A DNA stretch of 64,000 nucleotides from Antedon mediterranea (GCF_964355755.1 NC_092673.1:17357648-17421647), one strand, 5' to 3'. Shown: positions 12,429-26,636, numbered from the stretch's first letter. Notes: generated by a model not told the origin, from the letters alone. Translations and numbers: made by a program.

Positions 12429-13040
12429 TACTTTATGATCCATTTATTAAAAGACTAAAATGCACTGCTTCCCCAGGGCTGTTAGTCAGGGTATTTGTGT
12501 GGGTATTGTACTACCTTACTTTATGATCCATTTATTAATAGACTAAAATGCACTGCCTCCCCAGGGCTGTTAGTCAGGGTATTTGTGTGGGTATTGTACT
12601 ACCTTACTTTATGATCCATTTATTAATAGACTAAAATGCACTGCTTCCTAGCAGGGCTGTTAGTCAGGGTATTTGTGTGGGTATTGTACTACCTTACTTT
12701 ATGATCCATTTATTAATAGACTAAAATGCACTGCTTCCCCAAGGCTGTTGGTCAGAGTATTTGTGTGGGTATTGTACTACCTTACTTTATGATCCATTTA
12801 TTAATAGACTAAAATGCACTGCTTCCCCAGGGCTGTTAGTCAGGGTATTTGTGTGGGGTATTGTACTACCTTACTTTATGATCCATTTATTAATAAACTA
12901 AAATGCACTGCTTTCCCAGGGCTGTTAGTCAGGGTATTTGTGTGGGGTATTGTACTACCTTACTTTATGATCCATTTATTAATAGACTAAAATCCACTGC
13001 TTCCCCAGGGCTGTTAGTCAGGGTATTTGTGTGGGGTATG
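12429..13040. repeat. 88-bp minisatellite, about 7 copies
   Basis: Unit TACTTTATGATCCATTTATT...GGGTATTGTACTACCT at 12429, 12517, 12605 and onward. Confidence 0.9.
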
Positions 13041-14253
13041 CAGTAATACGATAGTTTAGTTTAGTTCTGTAGTTATAAGGCTTTATATTTCACATGACAG
13101 AAGATTGTAAAAATCTGTTGAATCAGTAAGTTTGTCTAACCTGCATAACATAATGTCACACTCATTTTGGTAGAAATACACCAGGAGTAGATCCAGGATT
13201 TAGAGGGGAGGGGTAATAATAGACTGGGGAAAGAAGCCTACAGAAAGAAGCCTAGGCCCCATGGTTCTAATCAAAATGTTAAAATGTCTTCTTTCGCCAT
13301 GCTTTTATAAAGTCTGCCACCATTTAATTTTTATGATTTCGGACCTCAAAAAATGGCAGTGCAAAATAACACTTTTGGTTTTTAATAATAAATGAACAAT
13401 AAATGATATAATTATTAAATAAAGAATTGTTTATCTCATAATAAATATATTTAATTCAAAATAAAGTTCTGTTCTTATTGTAATATCCATTTTTTAAAAT
13501 CCATAATTGTTATTTAAAAATATTTAGTATAAAGCTGGTAGACTGCTCACATTAAAATACAGACAGTAGTTTTTGTTTCATTATGCAAAATATGATTTTT
13601 TTTGAATTAATAATTTATAATTAGGTGATACATTTAATATCTATAGCTTCTAGTGCATTCTCCATACAAATACCAATTTCTGATAAATCAAATGAATGTG
13701 ATGTGAAGTAGGATTGGCTTTCCCATGGATATCTTTTTTCCTTCTTGATATACCTGAGTACCAATAATTAACCAATATATAGGCCAATAAATAATATTAT
13801 CAATACTATTATCACAACATAAAATGGCATAGTAGGCCTCTATTAACCAAACAGAGCCTCCTAATTAGCCTTAATATAAATTGTTTTTTATACCTACAGT
13901 AAACAATTCCTGGTAATCAAAATACACATTATTATCCTAAAGCACAAAATATTATTAACAAATATATCCATGACACTTTGTTAATTTTATTTAATCAGCA
14001 AAGCATCTACTATGAATTAAAAATATACATAGTTATTTATTTATTTATTTATTTCGTTTTCTTTCAGTAGGGTAGCCCTCTCAGTAATAAAACTGCTCTT
14101 CCGAGGGGCCCTACGGCACATTTAAACAAAATTTGAAAACAACTTAAACTAAACTTAAACTAAAACTTAAACTAAAACTAAACTTCAATGCATGTTCTCA
14201 TTATTATTATAACTTTTATACCACATATTTAAATATATTTCACTGGAACCATC

Positions 14254-15540
14254 CTAGACCACCGGCAACAATAAATGAATCTTAAGAAGTGATTTAAAAC
14301 GGTTATAATTGTTTTGTTTTCTTAATTCATAAGGTAGGCCATTCCAGAGTGAACTTCCATAATAAACAAAACTACGTTTGTATATTTCGAGGTTACATCT
14401 GGGCAAATACAACAGATTATTTCCATAGTTTCTGGTTTGAATATTGTGTACACTACTAATATATTGCAAAACATCACATAAGTATGAAGGTACAGATTCT
14501 TGTAAACATCTAAATGTTGTACAAATTGTATGATATTCAATTCTTGTCTTAATTGTTAGCCAACCTAAATCATAATGCATTTGTCTAACAGGAGTTCGAA
14601 TATCAGCACCTAGTATTAATCGTGCAGCTCTATTTTGTACCCTTTGCAATTTTAAAATATGGGCGTTTGAACCAGTACCCCAGACTGTTGAACAATAGTC
14701 AATATGTGATAAAAATAGAGCATTGTATAATCTTTTAATAATTTTAGGAGATGTAAAACTTTTCAATCTATAAAATAGATGTAGAATTTTTGATAGTTTT
14801 GCACATATAGAATCAATATGTACTTTCCATGAGAGTTGTTCATCAAATGTAAGTCCCAAATATTTAAACGTTTCAACTTTCTCTATCGGAATGTTATCAA
14901 AAATTACTGTTTCATCTGTTGTTTTATTAACACGTGCATGAGTACCAAAAAGCATGTATTTGGTTTTATCAATGTTTAGAGTTAATTTATGTTTATCTAA
15001 CCATTGTTTTACATTTTCCAACTGTTCAGTTAAAACTGTTGTAAGCTCTTCATTTGATTTACATGCATAAAAAAGCGCAGTGTCGTCTGCATAGAGGACT
15101 GTTTTACAAATCCCATCAACACTATCATGTAAGTCATTTATGTATAAAATAAACAACAAAGGGCCAAGAATTGAGCCTTGTGGTACCCCATAGTTGACAT
15201 TTAAAATTTCAGATTTTTTTCCATTAAAATTTACAAATTGTTTGCGATTTTTTAAATAATTACTGAACCATGCAAGCTCAGTGTTTATCATTCCAAAGGT
15301 GCATAATTTACGTAATAAAATATCGTGGTCTACCGTATCAAACGCCTTTTTTAGGTCAAGAAAAATTGCTCCAGTTACCAAGCCATTATCAATATTTTTA
15401 TATATATAATTGCATACATCTATCAGTGTAGTAGAAGTTGAATGTAACGACCTAAAACCAGATTGATTTTTACATAATAAATTAAACTCATTTATATGAT
15501 TCATAACTTGATTATGGATGCATCTTTCAAAAACTTTCAT
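14254..15540 (-). CDS. L2/Crack-like LINE reverse transcriptase (5'-truncated)
   Basis: Motifs QSGFR, LDLKKAFDTV, GVPQGS, YADD, KYLG, QNRAARLIL; 3' stem-loop at about 14067-14115 and (AATA)n tail at about 14033-14054. Confidence 0.88.
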   Translation of the reverse strand: MKVFERCIHNQVMNHINEFNLLCKNQSGFRSLHSTSTTLIDVCNYIYKNIDNGLVTGAIFLDLKKAFDTVDHDILLRKLCTFGMINTELAWFSNYLKNRKQFVNFNGKKSEILNVNYGVPQGSILGPLLFILYINDLHDSVDGICKTVLYADDTALFYACKSNEELTTVLTEQLENVKQWLDKHKLTLNIDKTKYMLFGTHARVNKTTDETVIFDNIPIEKVETFKYLGLTFDEQLSWKVHIDSICAKLSKILHLFYRLKSFTSPKIIKRLYNALFLSHIDYCSTVWGTGSNAHILKLQRVQNRAARLILGADIRTPVRQMHYDLGWLTIKTRIEYHTICTTFRCLQESVPSYLCDVLQYISSVHNIQTRNYGNNLLYLPRCNLEIYKRSFVYYGSSLWNGLPYELRKQNNYNRFKSLLKIHLLLPVV

Positions 15541-15965
15541 AACAATAGGTAATAACTTGATTATGGATGCATCTTATGCATGCGTTATGTGATGTTTTGT
15601 TCCAAAATCAATAAATCTTATAGTGTACTAGCGCAAGCAAGTACTTCTGTACACTTTGCACATCAATAATTCACCATCAATGCAATTACATTTTTAAAAA
15701 TATAAGAAAACGTATTTTGTTGCTCCTAATCTATACTTTACATGCATTAATGGAGATAATTTTGACACAATTTGATTTGTATATCACATGACTTTTAAAT
15801 TTAACCCAACGTTGTAACTCTTTATATATGGCTCTGGCTCCGCTCATAATTCATTCGTTTACATTCGTTGAATAGGAATTATGATATCTTCCTAATACTA
15901 TCTTGTTTAAATGAAGTTTGCAAACGATAGATAGGTAAACAAGACTTATATTTTCTATTAAATAG

Positions 15966-16193
15966 GCTAGCATGCAAGACTGATTAGGAAGTCATGTGAC
16001 GCACAGAAGCAGTGAAAGAGGTGTTGGTAATTTGCATGACAATAAACACTAGTAGTAGCGTTCTTTGAGGTGAAACTGCGCAGTCGGACTGATGGACCAA
16101 TGGATGCAGGACTGTTTCCAGACATGTGTAATCCTCAAGAGTGACTATAAGGGTACCAACAATTCTGTTGTTCAGATTCAGTTGTATTTTGTA
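15966..16193 (+). other. Candidate non-coding 5'-UTR exon (copy 1 of 3)
   Basis: AATAG|GCTAG acceptor and GTGAGT donor; homologous to 23668-23885 and 54464-54632, with the donor kept in all three. Confidence 0.4.
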
Positions 16194-17018
16194 GTGAGTT
16201 TTTATATTTTATTTATTTTTTTTAATATTTCATAATAGGCATGCAGTAAATTGACTTACACCAGTAGCCAGTTAGTAACAATGTAAAACTTGGTTTAGTG
16301 GTTGATTTCCAAATGGAGGATGTCGGATTTTTGTCATGGAAGAAAATATTTGAAAAGTCTAGTAATTTAGATTTCATTACTACTCTGGGGTGGATCTAGA
16401 CATTTTCGAGAGGGGTGGGATGGGGGGTCCCACAAGAAAAGGGCACTTCCGGGACTGAGTATTTGAGCCACAGGAGAAGCAAATTTTGTTAAATCGATCC
16501 ATCGATCAAAATTCATGTATTTAACCTTATGACACCTTAAGAAAATTACAATGAGTCATATTTGGCTTGTTGTGTCTTTTTGTTTACATTTTCTCTCCCT
16601 TACGACGCACAATTTAGTATTTGAAACGATCTCCTTTACTACCCCTCATGCGGCCACTGATCGGTAGCCACCTGCACCTGTAAAATTTAGGGGGTGGGGG
16701 GGGGGGTCCACCCTTGCTACTACTATTCAACCTGCTAGTGGCGGTTTCATCGCTGTTGGTTGTGAACTGAATAAAATAAATAAAATAAAATAAGTGTATC
16801 TTTACCATTTGATTGGCTCATTCCATACCACACATACAGTATCATGCATAATTTTCTTCAATGTCAATGACTGAGGTACTATTGCATGATGATGATAACT
16901 TAACTTTAATATTCTAAAATTAATCAGTATTCTAAATTTTTTTATTTTTCATTCTTCAGGACATTTTAATTTAAATTAATAATTAATTTAAACATAATTA
17001 TGAGTTAGAAATTCTAAA

Positions 17019-17515
17019 GTTCTGTACTTTGAGCTAAGAGTGTAATAATGAGTACAAGTCCCACAATCTCCCTTTTGATGATTGGATGATATTTTGTATT
17101 TGTTCTGTACTTTGAGCTAAGAGTGTAATAATGAGTACAAGTCCCACAATCTCCCTTTTGATGATTGGATGATATTTTGTATTTGTTCTGTACTTTGAGC
17201 TAAGAGTGTAATAATGAGTACAAGTCCCACAATCTCCCTTTTGATGATTGGATGATATTTTGTATTTGTTCTGTACTTTGAGCTAAGAGTGTAATAATGA
17301 GTACAAGTCCCACAATCTCCATTTTGATGATTGGATGATATTTTGTATTTGTTCTGTACTTTGAGCTAAGAGTGTAATAATGAGTACAAGTCCCACAATC
17401 TCCATTTTGATGATTGGATGATATTTTGTATTTGTTCTGTACTTTGAGCTAAGAGTGTATTAATGAGTACAAGTCCCACAATCTCCATTTTGATGATTGG
17501 ATGATATTTTGTATT
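17019..17515. repeat. 83-bp minisatellite, 6 copies
   Basis: Unit GTTCTGTACTTTGAGCTAAGAG... at 17019, 17102 and onward. Confidence 0.9.
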
Positions 17516-19307
17516 TTTTTAATGCATTAATACATTTTTATGGTTGTGAGACTGTTTGACAACTGTTTAAATTGAAGTTTGCTGCAATATTAGGAGAAAT
17601 ATTTTGTGCAGTAAGGTTAATTGCAAATAATTTCACCTGATTCCTTCCCACCATGCATTGTGCAATGCCGTTCCTCGTGATATCAAGCTATTTGTCATAA
17701 ACCTTATTTAAGTTGAAAGGTTACTCCACAAATTTACTAATAAATATTATAACCATTGTACTTATGATTATAAGACAGATGACTGGTAAACCTAAATTTG
17801 TAATTTGAAAAATCCAGGGTGCTGATAAATAATGATTTGCTGTGATTTTCTGGGTCTGTTACCCCTAGCAACAATATATTCTGCCAAAGCCCATTTCAAA
17901 ATGTGTGATCAATAGATGGTTCATAAATTATATAGTATGTAGAATATTAACAAAATTGTTGACCAAATAACTGATACGTTTTTCTGATACTCACAATTGC
18001 CTAGAGGGATGTTTTTGCTCTTTTTTTGGGGTGTTAAGTATAGCGGCCAAACTGAATGGCAGCCATTTGTTGTGTATTAATTAAAGAAAAGTTATAATTG
18101 CCGTTTGGGAAAATGAATCCACAAAACAATGTTTCCAGTTGTCGATCAATTATTATGAACAAAATAAGAGACCATGGCCAGTTTTTATCAACTTGGTGAT
18201 AAACTTAGATTTTACAATCGTACAATGTACACAATAGGCTTTAACAAATAACCGTTTAAAAGTCTAAAGTTTGATATGCTGTAATGTTAGCATACAGGTC
18301 ATCTTCATGCAGTAACGTAGCATTTAATGCAAAGGTTTCTGTCTGATGGGATTATGTTTTTTACCTGACGTAAGTATGAAATACATTCAATGCTGCTGAA
18401 TTAGCTTTTCAGTATGTATACACTTTCACCAGTTTTATGTTCAACAGTCTGAAACTGAATTCCATTTGTATTTCCAGTAGGCCAGACCCGTTGCCAGGGA
18501 GGTTCTTGGCGGCCCCCTGGCCTCCAGCCTACAGTTGCTCGCTTCGCTCGCAAGATATTTGGTGTCAAGAAAACCCCCCCTCTGATGCATTCTAGCTACG
18601 GGCCTGTAGCGGTCCTTTAACAGAGGTAGTCCCTTTTAAATATTAAAGGTGGTCGCTAACAAGGGTGGTTGCTTACGATCAGAGTGCTAAGTTTTGAAAG
18701 CCGATCACTTACGAGAGGTGGATAGACTGACGGCAAGTAGAGAAATACATTTGCACATGATTTAGACATTTAGGTTTGTAAAATATATAATATTTTATTA
18801 GCTGGCGATATTAACTACATTAGCTGTGAGGCAATTTTCGTTACTACATTACCTGTTGAGTTGTACATTAGTATAATGTTGATTTTTATTTGATAAATAA
18901 GCTGTTGGTGTTTCTACATCATTAGCTAGTTCTAGGTTTTATTATATGGGTGGATTTGACTTTTCTACACTAGCAGTTTTGAACAGGGCCTAGTTTAGTT
19001 AGTTTAAATGGAATGCTACAAGTTGTATTATTTTTTTTAAATTTATCGTTTTGTGTACTAAAGTGGCAGCATAATCAGTATTTATTTTTACCAGATGTCC
19101 AGCAAGGGTAATGTCCCAATTGGTAATTGCCACAATTGTCAGGTCAACCTCAAAACAGCGGCTCTCGGGACCGGGAGAGTTGTATGATTTGTTTTTATTA
19201 TTTTTTTTTTTTTGAATGCGCCTTGAGCACTCTGTGGTATGTGCGCTATAAAAATCCTGTTATTATTATTTGTTATTATTTCACCTTTTAGTCGTGTCTG
19301 TCTTACA

Positions 19308-20250
19308 GTAAAGTGATCTTTAATTGGAAGAGGACCAGTACAATTACTTGTTTTTAATCACATGATTATAAACTATTTATTCCTCTTGTCTGTGCTCGTA
19401 CAAAATAATAAAACGGTCGCTAATTGGAAGTGTCTTAAAGTAAAGTGATCTTTAATTGGAAGAGGACCAGTACAATTACTTGTTTTTTATCACATGATTA
19501 TAAACTATTTATTCCTCTTGTCTGTACTCATACAAAATAATAAAACGGTCGCTAAATGGAAGTGTTTAAATTGAAGTGATCTTTAATTGGAAGAGGACCA
19601 GTACAATTATTGTTTTTTATCACATGATTATAAACTATTTCTTCTTCTTGTCTTTATTCATACAAAATAATATAACGGTTGCTAATTGGAAGTGTCTTAA
19701 ACTGAAGTGATCTTTAATTGGAAGAGGACCAGTACCTTTACTTAATTTTGTCACATAATTAAACTATTAATTATTCTTGCCTTTACTCATACCAATTAAT
19801 AAAAATGGTCACTAATTAGAGGGGTCTTAAAGTAAAGTGACCTTTAATTGGAAGCGGACCAGTCAGTACAGTTACTTAATTTTGTCACATAATTAAAACT
19901 ATTAATTATTATTGTCTTTATTCATACCAATTAATAAAATGGTCGCTAATTGGAGGTGTTTTAAGTAAAGTGGTCCTTTATTGAAAGAGGTCCAATACAA
20001 TTACTTGTTTTTTGTCACATAATTAATAACTATATATTCTTCTTGCTTTATTAATACTAAATAATATAATGGTCGCTAATTGGAGGTGTTTTAGGTAAAG
20101 TGATTTTTAATTGGAAGAGGAACACTTCATTTACTTGTTTTTGTCACATACTTATCAATTATTTATTCTTCTTGTCTTTTCACATACCATATAATATAAT
20201 GGTCCCTAATTGGAGGTGTTGAGGTGTTTAGGCAAAGCGATATTTAATTA
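19308..20250. repeat. Diverged ~131-bp tandem repeat, about 7 copies
   Basis: Recurrent AAGTGATCTTTAATTGGAAGAGGACCAGTAC and GGTCGCTAATTGGA. Confidence 0.8.
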
Positions 20251-21676
20251 GAAAAAAAAAAATTGTTTGGCATCATTAAGTATTATTGGTTATTAAAAGA
20301 AGACAAGACAAGTGCAGGCGTGATAAAAACAACCACCTATCATAAAACGTATGATACAGTATTTAATAGTGGACGCATTTCAATCCATGGGTCAGACATT
20401 ATTAAACGGGCCGGACAGCATTAAATTGTTGAAAAACGCCCACGAACCCGTTGAAACATGCAACTGGACACTATCCAATGCTGAAAAGTGTCCACCCGGA
20501 CACCTTTGAATGCTGGACACAATTCAATCTTACACCGGCACTGATCCATGACTGTATTTGAAATCGGTCGCGTTTCCAATCAGTCGCATATGGCATGCCA
20601 AATGTGCCTTATGTATATTTTCTTTTGTTTTTTCCTCCAGGGTCATACCGTATGCGCGATATGATTCTAGCAAGACAATGATGATTAGGTTTAAAAAAGG
20701 TGGTACAAAACATTTTTTGGGGTTTGAGAGGCTTTCCATTGGTACACCAAAGAGCCGTAAAAAATGAATTCATAAAAAATTCAATATATGTTATGTACCC
20801 AATATATCGTTTATTATTGTTCTGAAAAAATGGTAAATAATAATGATATACATTCAAAAAATTAATAAATTAACATATTTCTCGTTTTTGGCATGAAATT
20901 TAACTGAAAATATTTGAATCTAATATTAAATTATTATTATAATATTCTAGAATGTGTTTTGACATAACGTTAGTAAAAAGATAAATATATTGGCACATGC
21001 CGTTTCATACATATAATGCTAATTGATCGATCATCTACAGTAATATTTGGGCAACTATTAATCTTTGTTATGGATGATTTTACCAATATACAGAAACAAT
21101 TTTATTGCATTACCGGTAAATATTTTTTCTTTACTGTAGTTTAAAATGTATGTACAGTATAGTGATTCATTTGATCATGTTTGAAAGAGTTGGTGTCAGT
21201 TTATTTCAAAATGTTAGCATAACTCAATGTCGATGACCTATTAATATAGTACACCCTCTCTCCCCTGAAATTGACACTTAACAAGTATATATAACTTTAC
21301 TTATTTAATTTAACTTTACAATCAATTGTGTTAATAATTAATGCATTTTAAGTTAAAGGCCAAAACTCGAATAGCGAAAGCTGATTTGTTTTATGTCTTT
21401 TTTGTCATAATTGTTAATGAAGTTTTTATATTATATTATGAGAGTGACAAATAAAGTATTTACACAAATATATATTTTGGCCTTATGTGTACAATATAAA
21501 TTTTAAAAAAGATTTTCCAAGTTTAAACACTCAAATCGCTAGCATTACAAAGAATCTACAATTTCTTTTTAAAGAATTGTAGCCAATTTTTAAAAAATGT
21601 CCTAAATACTGTAGGGTAGTTTTTGCAGTTTAATTTAAGCATGACAGATTTGCTCCTGTATACTGAAATCCATTAA

Positions 21677-21902
21677 AGATATATTGTCACCCGGAAAATA
21701 TATATTTTTCTTGAATATGCAATTTTAATGTCATAATAGTTATTCACTTTGACCAAAAATTGGAGCGAAAATAAAACTATTTACCTGAAAATAATGCAAA
21801 CAATAGTCAAATTATCAGACAATGGGTTGAAGCTGCAGAATTCCCTATTAAAAGTGTGATTTATTAATCTTCATTTTTCATGTTTTTGGGGGACAATATA
21901 TC
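21677..21902 (-). mobile_element. Kolobok-type MITE, inverted and internally deleted
   Basis: TTAA at 21673-21676, then AGATATATTGTCACC; reverse-complement homology to 43071-43414; the right TIR merges into the 37-bp array. Confidence 0.75.
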
Positions 21903-22895
21903 CAGTACCATGTGGACCCCTGTTGGGGGACAATATATCCAGTACCATGTGGACCCCTGTTGGGGGACAATATATATCCAGTACCATGTGGACCCCTGTT
22001 GGGGGACAATATATCCAGTACCATGTGGATCCCTGTTGGGGGACAATATATCCAGTACCATGTGGATCCCTGTTGGGGGACAATATATCCAGTACTATGT
22101 GGACCCCTGTTGGGGGACAATATATCCAGTACCATGTGGACCCCTGTTGGGGGACAATATATCCAGTACTATGTGGACCCCTGTGGGGGGACAATATATC
22201 CAGTACCATGTGTACCCCTGTTGGGGGACAATATATCCAGTACCATGTGGACCCCTGTTGGGGGACAATATATCCAGTACCATGTGGATCCCTGTGGGGG
22301 GACAATATATCCAGTACCATGTGTACCCCTGTTGGGGGACAATATATCCAGTACCATGTGGACCCCTGTTGGGGGACAATATATCCAGTACCATGTGGAC
22401 CCCTGTGGGGGGACAATATATCCAGTACCATGTGTACCCCTGTTGGGGGACAATATATCCAGTACCATGTGGACCCCTGTTGGGGGACAATATATCCAGT
22501 ACCATGTGTACCCCTGTTGGGGGACAATATATCCAGTACCATGTGGACCCCTGTTGGGGGACAATATATCCAGTACCATGTGGACCCCTGTTGGGGGACA
22601 ATATATCCAGTACCATGTGGACCCCTGTTGGGGGACAATATATCCAGTACCATGTGGACCCCTGTTGGGGGACAATATATCCAGTACCATGTGGACCCCT
22701 GTTGGGGGACAATATATCCAGTACCATGTGGACCCCTGTTGGGGGACAATATATCCAGTACCATGTGGACCCCTGTTGGGGGACAATATATCCAGTACCA
22801 TGTGGACCCCTGTTGGGGGACAATATATCCAGTACCATGTGGACCCCTGTTGGGGGACAATATATCCAGTACAGTGTACCATGTGGACCCCTGTT
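21888..22895. repeat. 37-bp minisatellite, about 27 copies, containing the MITE TIR
   Basis: Unit GGGGGACAATATATCCAGTACCATGTGGACCCCTGTT. Confidence 0.95.
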
Positions 22896-23667
22896 GAATA
22901 AATTTTAACCTGGTAAACTTAAGAACAACAATAATTAATGTTTAAATTTAAGCAACAACAAAATAAAGCTTATTGACTGAATTTAATACAAAAAAGTAAA
23001 TTAAATTAAATACCGTACATGTTTTTTTTGTTCATATGGGTTGTTAAAGGTGATACATTTTATATAAGGGCACACTCCATACTAATGGGGAATTTAGGTG
23101 TAAGTTTCATTTTGATTGTTTCAGAAACGGTAATGGTAACATGCATAATATAGTGAACAGACTTTTGTTATTATATCAATTTTTAATAATTTAGTTAAAT
23201 TATTTTATTAATTCAGAATAAGGATAACACTGGTCAACAACAAATATTTCACTATCGCCCATCATCCGCCTAATTTTAATGGTGTGCCCACATCCATAAG
23301 AGGATTTGTTGGAAAGCAGAATTAGAAATGGGTTAGATGGGTATCACTGAAATATTTGTGAAAAATTGTAATGTTGTTTACTACACCAACAACATAAGAA
23401 CCTTCATTCATGAATATAAACATTTGATAATATCAAATGAAGGAAATAAAAAAGATTACGTTGTTTCTTTTCCTCCATGATATCACACAGTGTGCCTTCT
23501 CTTAGTCTTATTGACTTAACCAACTTGACTGGACAATATCCAGATGCCAATTGTGTAGTAAAATGATTTCATATGCTCTAGTTAACATTGTCTTTACAAA
23601 AGGTTGTTCTTGGTTAATATGAAATGTATAGAAACTGAATAACACAGTTCATATTCTCATTAAATAG

Positions 23668-23885
23668 GCTAGTCATGCAAGACTGACTGAAGAAGTCAGG
23701 TGATGCACATAACGTGGCATAGAGGGTGTTGGTACTTTGCATAACAATAAACACCTGTTAGCGTCCATTGATGTAGAGCTGTACAATCGCATTGCTAGAC
23801 TAGTAGTAGTAGTGGATGGAGGATTCTTTTCCAGACAAATGATATCATTTTATGTTAACCTACAATTATTTATGAATTCATTAGT
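23668..23885 (+). other. Candidate non-coding 5'-UTR exon (copy 2)
   Basis: AATAG|GCTAG acceptor and GTGAGT donor; homologous to 15966-16193. Confidence 0.4.
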
Positions 23886-24239
23886 GTGAGTTATATATTT
23901 TTTCATTTCTTGATAGTAATTTTACTTTTAAGCTAGTAGAGCTCTTTGTATGAAGGTTTAAACATGGACCTATAAAATAACAGCTCCATGAGTTAAAGCT
24001 AATCGGTAATAATACAATACACTAGCAGATACCCGTCCAATGGTTTTAAGTTGTGGGAATCAAAGAGATTACAGTCATATAGTACAATGCAGTATGCACA
24101 AATCTATAAATGGATGTATAGTGTGAAGAGGTACATTATACAGCATTTTAGAAGGAAGATAAAGTTAATAGGAATACTCTATTCTTTATATTTCAGTGTC
24201 TATTTTGTTTTAATTCTAAAAGCAAGTAACTTTAAATAC

Positions 24240-24980
24240 AAACTAGATTTAAACTCGAGGCTATCGCGCAACGCATAACATGCACATGCTATTTATTAGG
24301 CTTAGTATACAGTAGGCTGCACCACAACGATGGTACAAACAGCATAGCATTGATCAAAACCGTTCAATAAGGGTCAACGTATTGGCATTGTAAACGGTTT
24401 AGTTGACGGTTTAGTTTTATTTTACGTACATTTATTTAATTGTTTGAATTTGATGACTTTTACGCGATATGCGCTCTATTGAATGTGATGAACTGTGTTG
24501 AAAAAGATAATAATCCAATTTTTAAAATTCAGATGGCCATATGATGACGTCTAACATCCGAGAGGTAAATATTCTGCATTAATTCATATCTACAACATAT
24601 CTGCTTACATTATTACGTTAAACAAAATTGGGGTCACCGTTGATCCTATTCAAAATATGTATAATTTTGCACAAATTTGCATAAAATTACCTATTTTCAA
24701 GCGCATGATCTTTAAAGTTTGATGTGCACATGTGTCCTTATTTTACATTCATAATTGATTAAAAATGAAAAAAAGTGCATAAAAAATGAAAAAAAATGCA
24801 TCATAAAAAGTATAAAGAACAATAATCAAGTGAAAATACGGTGTTTATAAAGCTACGTACAGGCTAAGTGCGCAGCTTTTGCCGTTTTTTAGATCTGCGA
24901 GACACAAAAAATGAGCAGAAAATATGAAATTTTTGACAATAACAATAGGCTATCGCTCTACAGAGAGCAATAACCTATTT
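24240..24980. mobile_element. Helentron-associated (HINE/DINE-like) non-autonomous element
   Basis: Starts AAACTAG; GGCTATCGC motif near both ends; terminal hairpin TAGGCTATCGCTCT-ACAG-AGAGCAATAACCTA. Confidence 0.45.
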
Positions 24981-26636
24981 GCAGAATCATCGCAACATTA
25001 GTGCTCACTGTAAAATGAATGTTTGAAAAACATGCAGTCACAAAATAAAACAGAATCTCAGTAATATATTAATTTTTAATATACATCTGTATCTTTGTTC
25101 TTGTTTTGTTTGTGTAAATATATTAAAATAACAGATGTTTATTATTGTATTGATTGATTAATAATACAGGTAATAATGTTTTGTAAAAGCTTCGAAAGTA
25201 TGTTAATATTATTTCTGATTGGAGAACAGTGACTTAGTTGAATCTGGTTGAATATTCTTGCAGTCGCCTGTTGTTGTTCAGTTGAATGACCTGAATAGTG
25301 GTGGTAAAAATGATTGGTGATTTGTCTTTAAGATGAACAACAATGTATGTTTTCTGGTGGTGTCTGGTAGTGTGTAGGCCTAAATTAAAGAAGTAAATAT
25401 GATTTATCCTCCTTGTTTGTACCTCCTTCCTAAACACCACGAAAATAAATACCATAAAAAAAACAATTACAAATAACAAAACATAATGTTAGCATAATGT
25501 ACTTTACAATATTTCATATCATAACCCTACACAGGAAGCTAATGGAATTAGAAGCCTCTCTTTAAAGTCAAGCATTATGTGGGCCTAAAAGTGGGCCGAA
25601 TTGTCTCATTACACCTGGGCCAAATAATCCCGCATTCAGCTATTGCCTATATAGCAGCTTAGGAATAGTAATTGGTAAGAAACATAACCTAGCCTTGTGT
25701 TATCACTGCATTTGGTGTTTGAAAAAATGGAAAAAGGGTGCTCAATCTCTCCTTTGGCAGGCGCGATGTGCATGAGGTAGAAACTGACCACCCGTTCATT
25801 TGAAATGGTGCACAACATGTAGCACTGCCGCTACACTGACTGCATGTGCTCTCGATATATTGCAAATGATTTGAGTGACCTAATTGTGACATAGGAAAAT
25901 GGCCCAGAATTACCGAACGCAGCATTTTTGCCTAAATTGGCCTAAAAACACATTTTTTGTACAAATTTTCTGTTCTAATATAGCTTAATGAATTAAAAGG
26001 TGCCCCAGCTTGAACTTTGCTAGTATTGGATGGACGGTTTAGGAGGAGATAGAGGAACAAATTTAATTACAATATAAAAATATAATCTGTAGTTTTTAAG
26101 CAATGGGCAATACGTTGACCATTAGATGCCTTACTGAATTCAAATAAGTCTCACACATTTGGCATATTTCAGTAAGTCAGATGCTGATATATTTTTCTGT
26201 TATTCTGGACAGTGCACATGCAATAATACAAACATTCTGTTTTATAGTGTACAACACCAGTTTGGTGATAAAAGATAAGGATAAGAGATATTGAGAGAAT
26301 TTTGAGTAAAGTATATTCAGTTATTTGGAACTTTGTTAAATGAAAGGGAAAATTACTGAAAACATCACAATCAATGGTTGGATCTCAATGGTGTATACAA
26401 AAAAAATATGAGCAAAAAGCTAAATCAAAACGATGGGTTAAAACAGCCAGAAAGGAATTGCAGAGCTTTCGGGTAGCACTAATCCTTTTTCTTTGATTGA
26501 ATTCGATTTGAAGGAAGTATAACAAAGAAGGAACAGTCTGGTGAAGAGAGAAAGTAGAAAACAATGAAGATAACTTGCATATAAAATAATGTATTTGTTT
26601 ATTTGTCTTTGCAGATCTCCACTTTGAGCAACAATA

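Noticed and set aside
21864-22908. Long ORFs in all six frames; CRISPR-like appearance
   Set aside because: Pure 37-bp tandem repeat without stop codons; no unique spacers, no cas genes, eukaryotic context.
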